A program made the translations under genes and the position numbers. DNA of 64,000 bases from Tubiluchus corallicola. Its lineage: Eukaryota > Animalia > Priapulida. Numbering within the stretch: the stretch's first letter is position 1; each line of letters begins with the position of its first letter. Below, piece after piece: positions 11,436 to 25,948 of the stretch. A model generated the notes under the pieces. The model did not search any database. It saw nothing but the letters and a program-made list of their open reading frames with translations, and was not told the origin of the DNA. Location: the NCBI GenBank assembly GCA_030141605.1, contig JAQGDQ010000175.1:381030-445029 (forward strand), in the 5' to 3' direction.

Positions 11436-14400
11436 GACATCATAGAAATAGGTAAACTGGCAAAAGTATGGATTTGTATTGCATTTGATTAATTGCAAGT
11501 TTTATATTTGACATTTCAAAATCAGTGCATTGGTCGTAGCTGTGAGTAATGGATGAAATTAGCTAATACCACTAGGCAAAGTTGCCAAGGCACCAAATTC
11601 TAGAAAAACTTTTTGATTTTAAACTTTGGGATAAATAATAACCTTAGTGCATGTGTAACTGCTTAAGTGCACAACGTACAAACGAATTTCATGCCACAAT
11701 GTAGGCCAAGGCCTCGGTAACACGGAGTTGCCTTCCCGCAACAAAACACGTTACGTCATTTCAGGCAGGCGCTACTTACGCGTTACTTTGTTTTTGTATT
11801 ATTGTAGTATTACTGTGGTATGTGAAAGTTTGTAATACTTAGGTAGTGTAGTATCTGTAATGTTTTATATCTGTGGTGTTTATTTAAAGCGATATACATA
11901 CGATATATGGCCTATTACTTTACATATAAACACAAATTATTGTGTATTGTTCGAATGTATAATTGTGCCATGTGTCTATGTGAACGTACATGTATTAATT
12001 CCGTCTATAATATGTATTATTTTATATGAGATTGTGCTTGTAAAAGTGTGCTCTAGTTTTTTTAGATAGGAGTATTTTACTGTAGCTAATATCTTTTTTA
12101 CTTTATTACTTGTGTTTTCATGCACCCCTACTGCACTCGCAGTTTTAATTTTTTGCACCAGACGCGTTTGCCTATTAGCAGTGTAGCCCAGCATTCACTG
12201 AATGATATTTCACACTGTATAATGTATACTATCATTGTTTGATGGCACATAAAGATATATATATATATTATATACATATATGTGCATCGTTTGTATAGTT
12301 TACATAAAGCAACAGAGCAAAGTAACCGTTAATAGCAGCAAATCCTTCCGTTCATAAAAACGTTTCTTGAAATAGCAATTATAAGTTTATAAGAGATGAA
12401 CTTATAAGAAATCGAAGCCCTCGGGAGGTTAATACAGAAAGGAAACGAATTTAAAAGAGGTGGCTGACACTAGACAGCAAAAAGATTCAATAAAGAAACT
12501 TTTCAAACAGACCAGAGTTATGATTGTCAAGCTACAATGTTGAAGTACATCAGTGAACTTCAAAAAGTAGTTTTGGTTTTAAAAATTTTCAGATGCAAAA
12601 GCTGAGAGAAAAACTAACCAAGAGTATGAACTGTTCATTAAGAATGGGCAGCTGAAATTCAAATTGGGCTCTTAGAGACCAAGGTTGGTACAAAAAATAC
12701 CGTACTTCGTACCTTTACAAAATACCGTCCGTAATTCCGTGTCATAACTGCAAAATTGAGTCGTACCGTACTAATGCGATAAAAATTAATATCGTACCGT
12801 AATTTCTTACCAAATTCTGTACCAAGTTCATGTTGGACATATTGTGAGAGTCATAAAAATTAATTGTAAACTCGATTAATATATCAATTCCATTCTATTT
12901 ATGCACCATTTCATACCATTCAGTTTGAAATTCCGTACCAATTATTTTAGGCAACAAAAGTTACATAACTATGCACCAGATATAAATTTACTTTAAGCTA
13001 CTTTTTGCTTTATTAATAATTATTTGGCAGACACGACGACTGTGTAATTGTCTTAAATTACTTGCTCACTAGTGACAAACTTTTAGTGTTAATTCAGTGG
13101 CCTAAAACACCTGCAGCTATAATCATAATCATAATACAACGCTAGTTAATACTAGAAGTTATATGCAGCTTTTATAGAAAAACTTAGAACGCACGTCAAC
13201 CTAAGAAACAATCTAACATAAACCTACCTTAAGCTTGATAACTTTACCTGCACGTAAATTGTTTATGTGCATAAAAATATCTAGTTATTAAATGCTGTGG
13301 CCATGCAAGTTAATAATGCCGGTGCGTCTCGAATTTCTTTTGCCGGCAAAGCAAACATTCAGCTCAGGTGATATGCAGTTCATAAATCGTTGCTGTTTTG
13401 CACAGATCGGCAAAGTTCTAAACGTTCCTCGTTAAGGACATACATTTTGAAATGTTTTTGTTTCAAAAGAATCTATATAACTTAAGATGTTCAGTGTATT
13501 TCTACACAAAGCGTTAACAGTCAAAAATAGCAGTTAAAATATCGTTGTTACATGAACAGGTGTGAAACACGGGAAACAAAATACCCGACGTTATTTACGG
13601 GAAATGACAACCCGGGGCTTCTAAACAACTGTCGGCTTCTGCACCCAAAACGAACAAATGTAGCAGCATAAGCTGTTTTGTTTTCGTGTGCTCTGCGTTA
13701 ATTAGGGAGAACAATAAGTCGCACTCATGAGCATAACAAGTCGTCACGCAGAGTTGTTACAAGAAGCTGAGTAAAAATAGTACGGAAAAGGTACAGAAAA
13801 GGTGCGAAAAAACACTTTCGTACCGTACTGCTGAAATTGTACCGTAATTTGGGACAAACTATACTTTTAAGAAATCTTATTTCGTACCGGGACAATGGAA
13901 TCATAAATTCAATCAAAACAACTCAGAAACTTTGTTAGTACCTTACAACACATGTATAAGGCATCCGGGAACCATTATAATTGCATTATACATACAAAAA
14001 ATCAATTTTGCGGGTTTTTTGCACAGTGGGTTGACATCATGGGAAAAAAAGACTGCGGAGGGGGCACTAAGAATAATTTCACCCTAGGGTATGAAATACA
14101 TAGAGTTTGCTGATCAATATATAATAATTAATCTGTTCCGATTGGTAAGAATATACATAGGATCGAATTTGAATAGACTTACTAATAAATAATAATAGTG
14201 CTACATTTAAGTGACGCTGTTAATTTGCTATTGCATGTATACTATGCAGTAAAATATCCCAGTTGCTTCCTTTGAATATATAAGACATTCGCATCTCAGG
14301 CTTATGATATTTTAAATGAAATGGATAAGAGTTTAATAATGTCATAAGAAATTTCAACTGATATAACATGAACGAGAAATGCGCTACTGGTGTTACAATA

Positions 14401-15479
14401 ATGAACAGCAAAATAGCCAATAAAAATCAATAATAATTTCTTCTTCCATCAACAAAGGTGATTTTCCTCTACTGCTGTCCCACACCTCTTCTCTTTTTCA
14501 AAAGAAAAAGGACCAATCTCTAATTTTCAATGTTACTTACACGTTGCTTGCAGCAAGAGTTGTATAGTTTACTTCACCATCACATGTAAAGTAAAAAATC
14601 TCCATATTTCAGTGCAATAATATCAATAAAATTCAATATGGTTATAGACAGACTTTTAAACTGTAGTCAGTTACACGTTTGCATGAATGTTTCAACATTT
14701 TGACGAAACCGCCGCACTATTATAACGGAAAAAATTCTACAAAACTTTTAAGATGTGCAGCTATTGCGGTGTAAAAGAAACAATATTATCACCACCATAC
14801 TTACGCTTGCAAGCTTGACCAGAACTTTGCACAAGATTTGGTGTTGCGTTTGTTCACTAAAACCGTAATGACAATGACACTACATTCACGTGATATCTGT
14901 CTTTTTGACACTAACGTGTCACGTGACTTACGTTAGTTACGTCGCAGAAAGAATGCCTATCGTTCAATTGTCACGAGATGAGTACTGTTCCCAAGTAGGA
15001 ATATTGTATACTTTTCAAGAATTATAACGTTATCTAAGTTATAAGATAAACGGTTAAACTTGAGACCTCAAAAATAGGTAATGTAAATTGGTATTATAAT
15101 TATCAATATTTGGCAAATAGATGTAACTACCCCATAACTGAATTTATTATCGACTGGTTTCGAATAAACAGTTCATTGTCAAGGCATCTAAAACAAAGAA
15201 ATTTACCAGAATTTAGAACAACACCGATATGCAATTCAGTAGTTAGATAACCAAAATATGTATGATATGACGTCACAAACGAACATAATTTTCAACAGCA
15301 AAAATATTCCACGTTGCACGTGTTTGTGAAATAAAAAATGCAAGTACAGTATCACCGTAAGAGATTCAGTGTGTTTTAATAAAACTAGGCAAGCCTTCCA
15401 GATAAAAATTCAGATTCTAAATTTACCGCTATTCTCACGCATGAGCTGTCGAACATATGCATAACGTGAGAAACGAACA

Positions 15480-15660
15480 CATCTGAACAGAGAGGTACAG
15501 CACCTGTTTTTTGTGCAATACATTTTCGACGGGCAGGCGCAAGTGCCTGTCTAACTAGAAAACGGCGAAATGCACGTAACAGCGAAGAACTAGTGGCGCA
15601 AATGCAAAATTGTATTCGTGTGGTAATAATTCTTTCAAGTAAGTCATTTTTGAGAAAATA
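15480..15660. repeat. Dispersed repeat; diverged inverted copy at ~56885-57062
   Basis: GAGAGGTACAGCACC...GAAGAACTAGTGGCG...GTGGTAATAATTCTT...GTAAGTCATTTTTGA is present reverse-complemented at 56.9-57.1 kb. Confidence 0.8.
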
Positions 15661-17671
15661 CTATTTTTCTTTTCATTATTTGAAAGGGCAGATTGTGTTG
15701 TCTTACAGTTAAAGATTGTGCCCGGTTTTGCTTTTAGTTTGGGGGTCTAGGTATCTATTGCTCGGCGTTTTACATGAGAAAAATAACTCCTCAATGCTAC
15801 TGATACTAGTGTAAAGCTGATTTACACCTACTAACTAATAGTGATATACACCTACGAACAACTACATCCTACCTCCAACTATCTAATAACAAATTCAAAG
15901 GTGTCACTCACCTCTGAATTTAATCGTTCGCCAAAGGTGTCACTCACCTCAAGGTAGGCAAACACAGTAATAGTTTTTCAAAACATTTAGAAGCGAATGA
16001 CATTTTTTACCTTCAGGCCATACATGTAAGTTAAACATGGCTAGGGTTGAATTGTTCAGCTCAAGAGAATGATTGTCGTGAAGCTCACGATGATCATATG
16101 TCATTATTTTTTATTATTATGTCATATGTCATTATTTTTTATTCATTATGTCATGTTATTGCATTCTCTGGTTAAAACATTAAAAAATCCCATACAAGAA
16201 ATTTCAGCTGTAAAATAAGTCTATTTCTTCATATACAGTCTAAACTTTCATCCTTGAACTATGTAGTATGCATAACATTTACCTTTCATAGAATTGCTGG
16301 CTTCCTTGCTTCATAGAAAAACTTACCTGGTCAGTTGGCTTTCAGAGATCTTGGAATAAACATGTGCTGTGAATAATTTGTATGACTAACTGATTTGTAT
16401 GAATAAACTCACCTGTGTTCTACCTATGTCTTAGCTATTTTACCTTCAGATTTCTTCATAATGATACGCTTTACAAAGGATAAACTTGTAAGAGAGCAGT
16501 TGATTCAATGGTGTGACAGACGCGAAAAGATTTCCAGGGGGCAGGATGATAAGGTTTGGTGGCTTTGGCCATTAGTGACTGTTTTACGTTATCTGTTAAA
16601 TGAGCCACATTTATGAGGAAAATAAAGGTTGTCTTTTCACTATACCCATTATCATTACTATGTAATGACTTTTCACACTCCATCAATTCAGTTAATAATT
16701 ACATTGTGTGAACAAGCATACTGACAAGTGTTCACACTAATGTCACCAAATTAACAAGTTTCAGATTCTTTGTTAGACTGAACTGCAAATAAGTGTACAT
16801 AGTACAGTACACTAATTAAACTCAAATGACATCACAAACTAATAACAAAAAACACAAACAACAGCAAATCATACAATCTACAACGGCACACATACAAAAT
16901 TACCACCAAATGAAAAAAGTTTCTCAGGTGAGTCACTGGGAAAGATTCAGATTTCGGTCCCTACTCACTATTTTCAATCTTTCCCGGTGGGGACCCAGTC
17001 ACACTGACAGCCCGACATTAGATGTACAAAGCACACACAGAACATCAACGTAAACCAACTGCAACGGTGACAAAAATAGAGAAGCAGTTCCTACAACGTG
17101 ACCACAAAGCGTATTTAAGTAATTTTAGATATTCATAAGTACGCTTATATAAGAATTTTTAGTTCAGTATCGCTGATTTATAGCTTGCTAATGACCAGGA
17201 ATTAAGTTTGTGGAATTTTCATTTCTAACCGGCGATATACTACCTTATTTCAGTGAAATTTCGGACAAACACTAACATTTATCGGACGAAGTTCACTTCA
17301 CTTGTAAGTTATAGCAATTTTATGCAAACATAGCGAAATGTTATTGAATGGGATAGGTATGAGTAATTAATTTCTGTTTTGCATGTTAGTGGGCACATCT
17401 AGCAGCATTCTGTCGAGCAGCACCTCTTGTAGTTCAGCCACTGCTGTCAGGTTCTAGCAGAAAAAGACTCAAATTATTGCTGTTCCTTTGCCTTTGAATA
17501 GGGAGAATCACTGGAAATAAAATCGTTACATTTGTACAAAAAGTACACTAACTAGAGCAAGCCTGAGGCTCAAATGTGTAGTAAGGATTTATCTGAAATG
17601 TTTTTGTAGGTCACAATAGACAATTATAACTATCATTGCAAAATGTCCAAACAAAATTTTACTCATTCCTT

Positions 17672-18018
17672 AGCAACTGTTTGTAGCGTGTTGGTAATTT
17701 TGTCATTTTTAACAACTGTTTGTAGCGTGTTGGTAATTTTTTCATTTTTAACAACTGTTTGTAGCGTGTTAGGAATTTTACTTATTCTTTAACAACTGTT
17801 TGTAACTTGTTGGTAATTTTGTCATTTTTTAAAAACTGCTTGTAGGGCGTTCGTAATTTTGGTAATTCCTTAACAACTGTTTGTAGCGTGTTGGTAATTT
17901 TTGACATTTTTAACAACTGTTTGTAGCGTGTTGGTTATTTTTGACATTTTTAATAACTGTTTGTAGCGTGTTGGTAATTTTGTTATTTTTTAGCAATTGT
18001 TTATAGCGTTTTGGTAAA
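17672..18018. repeat. ~40-bp minisatellite, 9 copies
   Basis: Unit AACAACTGTTTGTAGCGTGTTGGTAATTTTGTCATTTTT. Confidence 0.95.
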
Positions 18019-19760
18019 TTATTCTGCCACACAGTTTGCTGCCAAACTTTAAGATCGCTGTGTAAGTTATGTCAACGAGCTAAACAAACAGTAAGTACAG
18101 TATAACTTTCCTTACACTGATCTGGCGCACATGTGATCAGCGTATTTACATTTATCATTGGGCGAGTTACATTCGTTCAGTGACGATCCCTTTGTAACTA
18201 ATTTATAGTTTATTCAAGTTTATATACTAACTGTTATCAATTTGCTTTCATACGGGTAGTTCATAGGTTTAGTAATTATTAAAAAGATAAAAAAGTTTGC
18301 TTTGTTGGGCTTGAAATATTATAAGACAATTGTAACATGTTAATTCTGACTAAAAGCTGTACGTGTATGTATTAGAAGCGAATAAGTCGACCAGCATTTA
18401 TAAAACACAACACGTTCCAGTCTTTTCTGCTGCTGCTTTTACTCATTCAGTTTTATTATAATTTTGCTCTCGTGATTTGTTAAGATTGGCGCCGCCCAGC
18501 GTGTGTTAACGTAAGACAAACTTTTTAATCAAATTCAAGTCACCAAAGAAACGTATACCTTTAAACTGCTTTCATCTATTCACGAGTTAAGTGAAATGTT
18601 TAGTTGCTAATTTTGTTAATAATTATCTATTGTGTTGCTACCTTTGTGTTGTTCAGAGAAATATACATGAGTCGATTGATTTGAGTCCAATTGTTTGTGT
18701 TTGGAAGGTATGATTTCATAAACTTAAATGTGTGATTGCCAACATTTCCATTTTGAACTCGTTAATAACGTTGGTTTGAATCAGTCGCTTTTGGAAGACT
18801 GAATAATGAATGTTGACTGGTACACTGGTGTAATGTCGACCATCCAGTTTTTATACACTCAAATTAGGTCATGTGACCTAGAATGACTTTTTATATAATA
18901 TATAAAATATTTATATATTTAATTATTTATAAAATATCAATGCAAATAAAGGTAAATCGTTGAAAAACATATGAATGTGGCCGTTCATTGTCCAAATTAT
19001 AGCCTACATGCTGTAAATTAGTGTCTTATTGCTGGAATGATATGCCAAATTTTTGAGTCTTTCTGAGTAGTATGGTCACGTAGTCTACATGACTAGGCGT
19101 CAGGCCTATAATCATATCTTTGTTACAAATAGCTATAGATTATTCGTGACAAGTATTCATTTACTTGGTGTTTTAGTAGTCTCACTGTTCTTGCATGGTT
19201 TGTGCTGGGTTAAGATTTCTAAATTTTGTGGGCGGAGCTTCACTCGCGCCATTTAAATTTTAGGAGAGCTGTGTAGCGACAGAGTGGTTGTTTCGGAATA
19301 GTCCATTGGTTTGTAGTTGAAAGGATCGTGTGCATGTCGGTTTGAGTGGTTCACTGTGTTCATGTTTTAGTGTGAATAAATGCCTAAAATGTCACCTGTC
19401 TTGAACCCTGGCATTTTGAATTTCTGCAAACATTGCTGTAAGATTTACTTTCAAAATAAAGATTTTCCCAAACGCCTGGCCACTTCTGGAGATCTCCTGT
19501 TTCTACTCGATTTAGTTTTTTTCTTGTACCCAAAAACTAATTGTGGAAAAACTTTATAGTGGATCTCGATGTGCAATCATCTGACGAAAAAATAAACTCT
19601 ATAAGCAGCAATGCGTTTAAATTATTTATTATTAATCATCCAAAATTTAATACCAGCAAACAAAGTGTAGGATAATTATTATATATTGTAGCTTATGTTA
19701 TTAGTTAATGGATCGTTGACAATCCAGTTGTTGCTCAACTGTCACTTTCCACTGCGTGTT

Positions 19761-19910
<150 letters not shown>

Positions 19911-20167
19911 CTAAAGTAACAGTTAAACCTATGAGTTCTGTGATTAACCTAAATATTCCATTAACATCATTTCACTTAAGTTTAACTTAAATCATATCAA
20001 GTTAGAGTTATCAGCACACGTAACCTAAACTTGAGCACGAATACAGAATTCCCTGTTACATTATAATTCATCGTCATCATCCAATTCATGTTCATTACGG
20101 TTGTCGTAAACAATCACTTCGCAGTCTTATTTTGAAGAATTTGATCTATTTTGTATGTAAATATTAC

Positions 20168-20313
20168 CTGGCAGGCATCGACTCCACCACCGTCTTGATA
20201 AGCGCACAACATTCCATCAGTGATTGTGTACCATGGGCTGTATTGTGATTGACATTGAGAGTTGCTGATGACTGGGTATTCTGCAGCTTGCAAGGTCGTG
20301 GTTGTGGATCCAC
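20168..20313 (-). CDS. Trypsin exon (…LQAAEYPVISNSQC…MLCA…DACQ)
   Basis: TTTTGTAG|GT ... CAG|GTAATA; 146 bp, phase 1-0. DACQ-GDSGGP places Asp189, indicating trypsin-type specificity. Confidence 0.95.
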
Positions 20314-20608
20314 CTACAAAAACATAAACAAATTTCATTAAAATTTCTAAGGATATGTTAAAGGATATACGCACTGTGGTAATTTGCTGCGTAGCGCAAT
20401 GGATTAGTAAGTGCTGCTTCCGTTCAAACCCAGAACAGATCTGTTAGTATTGCAGAGATTGCAGAGTTAACCGTCACGTTTGGTAATTTTGGGGAACCAC
20501 AAAAATTGACATTATATATTATAATTCATTATATTTATTTAGTGTAGTTTGTTATAACGGAAGCGAAGTTGTTCCACAGAAGCCATGTTGCTCTATAGAC
20601 ATTCATAC

Positions 20609-20792
20609 CTTCTGTTGTTGTTCCCCATCCAGTTACGACGCTGTTAGCACCAGTGTAGGTACCAGAAGTGGCCAGTGCTACCGAAGACTGAGTGTTGAGG
20701 CTTAGATCAAGATTTGACGACAAATGCAAGATGGCGACGTCGTTATCGATGGTTGCGGAATTGTAATTCTCATGCATTCTGATAGCTCTTAC
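20609..20792 (-). CDS. Trypsin exon with catalytic Asp (HENYNSATIDNDVAIL…VTGWGTTTE)
   Basis: TTTTTCAG|GTA ... GAAG|GTATGA; 184 bp, phase 0-1. Confidence 0.95.
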
Positions 20793-21461
20793 CTGAAAAA
20801 ACAATAGAACACCATCACAAGAAGAATTTCCGATTCAATGACTCGACATTTGTATTAATGGATGCATGAATAGACTGATGGGCGGACGAACGAATGTTGA
20901 ACAAAATTGCTCTATCTCTAGTCAGCTTAACATTTAATTGCAAATGAAAAGTGACAACTGGTTGAAAATTCGGCAAAGCATAATACTGCACAACAAGCCA
21001 TTTGATTCCAGCAAACCGGAACACTTAATATTTCTCATCGTCAAGAATGAGTATTATATTTTTGAGTTACAGTTGATCACTTGGACTGCATTTTGGGATC
21101 AAGTACTCAATGTAGGGGATGATGTTTTATGTAAATAATTGTAAACAGATCAGAGACTAATTAATTATCGAATGACAGATTTGAGGTCATGCCTCCCCCT
21201 CCCTTGACTAGTTTGTGGAAGATGAAACTGCTGACAGACGTTTATTGTCCAGTCGTTGATATCGTTTAACTTCAGCCTTTAGTTACAAAGTGACAATGGG
21301 TGTGCGAAATACCATGTTGTCAAAAAGTAGATTGGAAGTGGCTTGCAGAGCAATTATTTCGACCTTGTTTGATCAGAAAACAAAGCTTATAGACCTACAC
21401 ATCTGATGTAAAATATAAACAACTACTAAAATAACATCCTTGCAGTAAAAGAGAAACTTAC

Positions 21462-21537
21462 CCCTGTTACTGTTCCTCCCGAAAGTCTGTTGGTACTTCC
21501 AGATCGAATTGTGAACCTATCTGGGGCACCAGTCCAC
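21462..21537 (-). CDS. Trypsin exon (WTGAPDRFTIRSGSTNRLSGGTVTG); most 5' exon found
   Basis: AATAG|G ... GGG|GTAAGT; 76 bp, phase 2-0. Matches the 'IRxGS...SGG' segment that follows His57 in invertebrate trypsins. Confidence 0.88.
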
Positions 21538-21761
21538 CTATTTGAAAGTAAAACACAATCTTGAAAGCTTGCGTTTTTTGGCTGTTTCTTTGGCTTATGT
21601 TGCTTGAATAGTATTTTGTTGCAAGGTTCTTTTGTGATTCTTGTATATACAGAACTCGTATATTTTCATGTAGTTAAGTTTCCACGTGTTTCAAAACCAC
21701 AACCTGATGTTTTTTTTTTGGATCAACGAAACAATAATGATAACTCAAAGAACGAAAAAGA

Positions 21762-21979
21762 TTTGCTTAACACAATAATGCTAACTTGAAAAACAAGAAA
21801 ATACTTGTTTAGAACATTAACGTTAACTTGAAAAACAAAAAATACTTGCTCAGAACAACAATGCTAACTTGAAAAACAAGAAAATACTTGCTCAGAACAA
21901 TAATGCTAACTTGAAGAACAAGAAAATACTTGCTTAGAACAATAATGCTAATCTGAAGAACAACAAAATACTTGCTCAG
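21762..21979. repeat. 42-bp minisatellite (~5 copies) abutting the left palindrome arm
   Basis: Unit AATGCTAACTTGAAAAACAAGAAAATACTTGCTCAGAACAAT. Confidence 0.9.
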
Positions 21980-24890
21980 ATATAATCCCGAACATTTAAT
22001 CAAATAAGATACGTAAGGGTGCAGGTTGCATTTTCAAATAACTTATGCATTTTTCTTCATCCATTACAACTTGTTGCAATTCGCCTTGGTGTTCATTTAA
22101 CTACCTCAGACCCACAGCAAAATTAATTATTCTTTCTTTTAGAAAGTTTCTTGTTCAGAATTTCTTGCTAAAACTTTGCGCATTTATGAGGCGTTGCACG
22201 GAATGAGTTCGGACCCCGTGGAACACTTTTGCGGACGTAAAGCGTGCAGACACAAAAGTCTGTGTCTGTGCATGTCTGCGCGTGCGCAGTGGAAACGCGG
22301 TAACATACTGGTAAAGAAAAATTTTAATGAATTTTTAAGTGCTGTTCGCCAGGAAACTCGCTGCATACCAACTTCAATGTTCCTTAATTTATTCTCTGAC
22401 AATTTTGTGTTCTCGAACACTCTTTTTAAAGTTTGTTTACCACCCTGATCCAAATTTTCCCCACTTTCTCCTAGGCAATATCATATGGAAATCTAATAAG
22501 CTGATATTTTTACACAAAACTGCAACATTTTTGTACAAATGTGGAGAGCTTGTCAGAACAAGAACCTCAGAAACTCAATTGATTTCAGGTCCCTTATTAT
22601 GCGTTCATTGTTTTTCAGTTGTCATCCCTAATCAGTTGCAAAGTAAGTGAGTAAGCAATTTACTGTCATTTTATTATAGCACATAAAATTATAATGAAAT
22701 TTAGTATATAAAATGTAACTCAGTGAAGTTTATGTTTTTCTCAGTGTCCTCCGACTTCGTATTTTTTTGCAATCGACGTTGGTGTCTCTCTAATTCCTGT
22801 AATTTGGAATCGGCATTTCCAAACGCAATCTACGGCTGTACTCTTATGCTTGAGTTTTTTTTACTTGTTATGTGCATAATCTTCTGTCATGTATCCACAT
22901 ACCCAAGTCTCAAGTTGTCAGAAAGCCAGGTTACCTTTGCCAAAACGCTGTTGCTTTTCATATCCAAGTTTAATATATAACTAATAACATTTTTTTCGGT
23001 TTATTGACTCATTTATTGCTTAAATAAATTAGTGAATTCTGTAAGGTAGTTTACTTCCCCTAGCTTATTAACATACTCCACTGTTCCTTCGTCAGGTATA
23101 CGTGAAATAAATGAGTTGCACAAAGTGCAAATAAACAAATTACATAATACAACTAAAATATTACGATGATGTCAGACATACTTTGTTTATTATACATTAA
23201 TTACATTTCAAGTTCAACATATATAGTTTTACTTCGCTTCGGGAAGATAGACTTATCCCGTATTTTTGCACTGAAAGTCAATATTCTGAACAGAACAGCT
23301 AATTACATCATGTGATGCAGTTGTAAATGCCTGCAAATATAGGTCTTAAGAACTAAAGTACTTTATTAAATAAGTATATTTGCAAAGAAAGAATTTGTTT
23401 TACACTGACGAATGAAAATTGAATATCACAAAATTATTCCACAAATAGGCCTACATATAAACACTGCAACTTTGACAGGGTAATTTTTCAATTAGCTTTC
23501 ATCAATATCCTCTATTTCACATCTACATACTCATTATTTATTAGCCAATGTTCTTATCCAGTTATAATAGGTAAATTACGGTATTTTACCATACGAATGT
23601 ACACATTCTACTAACATTCTCTCTTTACGGGCTCTGTCAGGTGATTGCTCCATAACACTTTGAAATAAATAAACATATACCTTTAAGTGAAATACTTAGC
23701 AAACATCGTATAATCCGATAAGCTAACGCTTTTGCTGTAAATAGTGCAATTAGAAGTTTCACTGTTGTGCCTGATTCACTTGTTACACAATATTCGTCTT
23801 TGCAGGTAAAAACAGCCAATGGATCTGTTAAGGTGCTTAAGCTTTGTAATGATCACATTTTTGTGTCAAGATCATTTTTAGATTTTGTGCGTTTTCAGTA
23901 AATTTACTGAGTGCTTTATGCTGTTATGTTCAGTAAAATCAATGAAGCGTTTTTCATGGGGCTGGCGTACCGGCGAATTTTTTTCCAGCAGTTAAATTAT
24001 TAGCCTACTTAAACAGAAACAGCCAACAATTTCAAATAGTAATGAAATATACAACCAGAATATGTTATTTATGCAAATACAGGATATAAACTTCTTGTGC
24101 ATTAAAGATATTAAAATTTGTAAAAAAAATTGTATAAAATTCCACGTAGCAGCAATCCACAGCTTAGCTGGAACAATAGGTTGCCATGGTGTTTGTGACA
24201 CGAAGCTGCTATGTTCATTGTCTTACTGTAGCTTCTAACATCACACAGCCGGAATGGGAATCGCTAAAGTTGGCGTTGCTATGGTGACAGCAATTTTTTT
24301 GTCTGCCATCTGGGGACGTGTAAATAAACAATGCAAGTGTGTAATTGCAGTACTTGCAGTCGTATGAAACTAAATTACTTATATTATTACGCAATTTTAA
24401 ACTACAAGTGTTTTCAGGTAGACATGCACTAGTACAGCTGTTCTGCTTACACAATCCAAGCACAAAAACACTATAAAAATGTTGCACTATAATTAGTATA
24501 TAATGTCATATATATAAATATATATATAGCAATCAGTCAAACTGCAAGTTTTGTCAAATTTCTTTCATAAAGGCGTTAATTGATTACTTTTACCTATCAG
24601 TTGTTACTCAAACTGCAGACTGTTTAAATTGCAGTAAATTTCAGTTTTTTTAAATTAGTTTCTGTTAAATTTCAGGGAATAGCCCATTCATTTTGTGCCG
24701 CTTGTCTGCATATTTTAAACGGCATGTAAAATCCTTAAGTTCGCCTGTTCAATTAACTAGTTTAAATGAGTTTGATGTTGCTTACGTTTGAAACATATTC
24801 TGAGATTTCACACATTGTGAGCCTACCTTTCAAGGTCTCTTTAATTATTTATTTATTTCTGTACCTATATCACGCACTATATATACATAT

Positions 24891-24939
<49 letters not shown>

Positions 24940-25127
24940 CATAACTTTTTGCTTGCAATATGATATATATATATATTATATCGCAAGCAAAAAGTTGCAA
25001 TAAACTAAACCACTAAGCCTATAGATGCATTTATTCGCTTTCTCTTAAATATTGGCCACTTCTCAATTCAATTTAGGTTGGTTTTCCTCTATTGACTAAC
25101 ACCTTCATTAATAATCTTAAGCATTAC

Positions 25128-25390
25128 TTAGTCATTTATCTTGTAATACACCCAATTGTCATGCACCAAAGACCCATCTTCGCTGTCAAATGCGTTGGTT
25201 TCACACTCATTAGTTTCAGTGTTATAACTAAACCCTTGACATAAACGTTGTTGCATACATTTAACTTGACAACTTAATTTTGAATGCCGTCCTGCTGTGC
25301 GTTTGCCTACTGCAGGAGAGTGTGTACTTGATATTACTCCAGCAGTCTGTGAAATCACCCGGGTGAGTTTAAATTCACCTTGTAAAACGC
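25128..25390 (-). CDS. PAN/apple terminal exon of the 5'-truncated left copy of the EGF-PAN gene
   Basis: TTTCAG|GC; SKLSCQVKCMQQRLCQGFSYNTETNECE…WVYYKIND*. Intact, with 4 aa differences from the right copy. Confidence 0.7.
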
Positions 25391-25822
25391 CTGAAAGATA
25401 AAATATGATTAACATAATTCGTTATAGATTCGCAAAATGGAGTCAAATGTCATAGATAAGCCTTGCCAGTTGCAGAGATTAATACTAGACTGACATGTTG
25501 ACCTCTCATTTACTGTCTTCAGTTCCATAATCAGAGAGCTGGAGTTTCTTAACTTTACAGGGATGTGTTCTGTAACGACAGTTATTTTTTCCCACTAAAA
25601 TAACTTCCTTTTCTAAAATAGGTTTTGTAATTATTTTATTATTGTTACTTTCAACATGTACTGTATTATACTCTTGTATGGTTATAAGTTACCGAAATTA
25701 ACTTAATTAACAGAGAAACCTTCTTTACAAAGTGCTTTCGTTTCCTTCAAAGTCAAAAATTGCTGAGCTAGGAAATCTTCCCCATTTATACTACTTATTA
25801 ATTCAAATTTTCTTGTACTCAC

Positions 25823-25948
25823 GTTCACATGTAATGCCATCTCCAAAATAGTGCTCATCACATTCACAAGTAAAACTGCCAGGTGTGTTATGACAAAGGC
25901 CAACGACTGATGCACAATTATGTCTGTTATCGGTGCACTCGTTTTGAT
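25823..25948 (-). CDS. cbEGF exon E' (left copy)
   Basis: 126 bp, phase 1-1, intact splice sites; DQNECTDNRHNCASVVGLCHNTPGSFTCECDEHYFGDGITCE. Confidence 0.7.

Noticed and set aside
15860-15885. AG|ATA GTT GGA GGT (IVGG) on the - strand as the missing trypsin N-terminus
   Set aside because: It lies downstream of the trypsin stop and is followed by RM-stop; chance match.
18487-18505. TGGCGCCGCCCAGCGTG as a tRNA-Lys primer-binding site
   Set aside because: Needs a 3-nt insertion to match; no adjacent LTR end or gag/pol sequence recognised.
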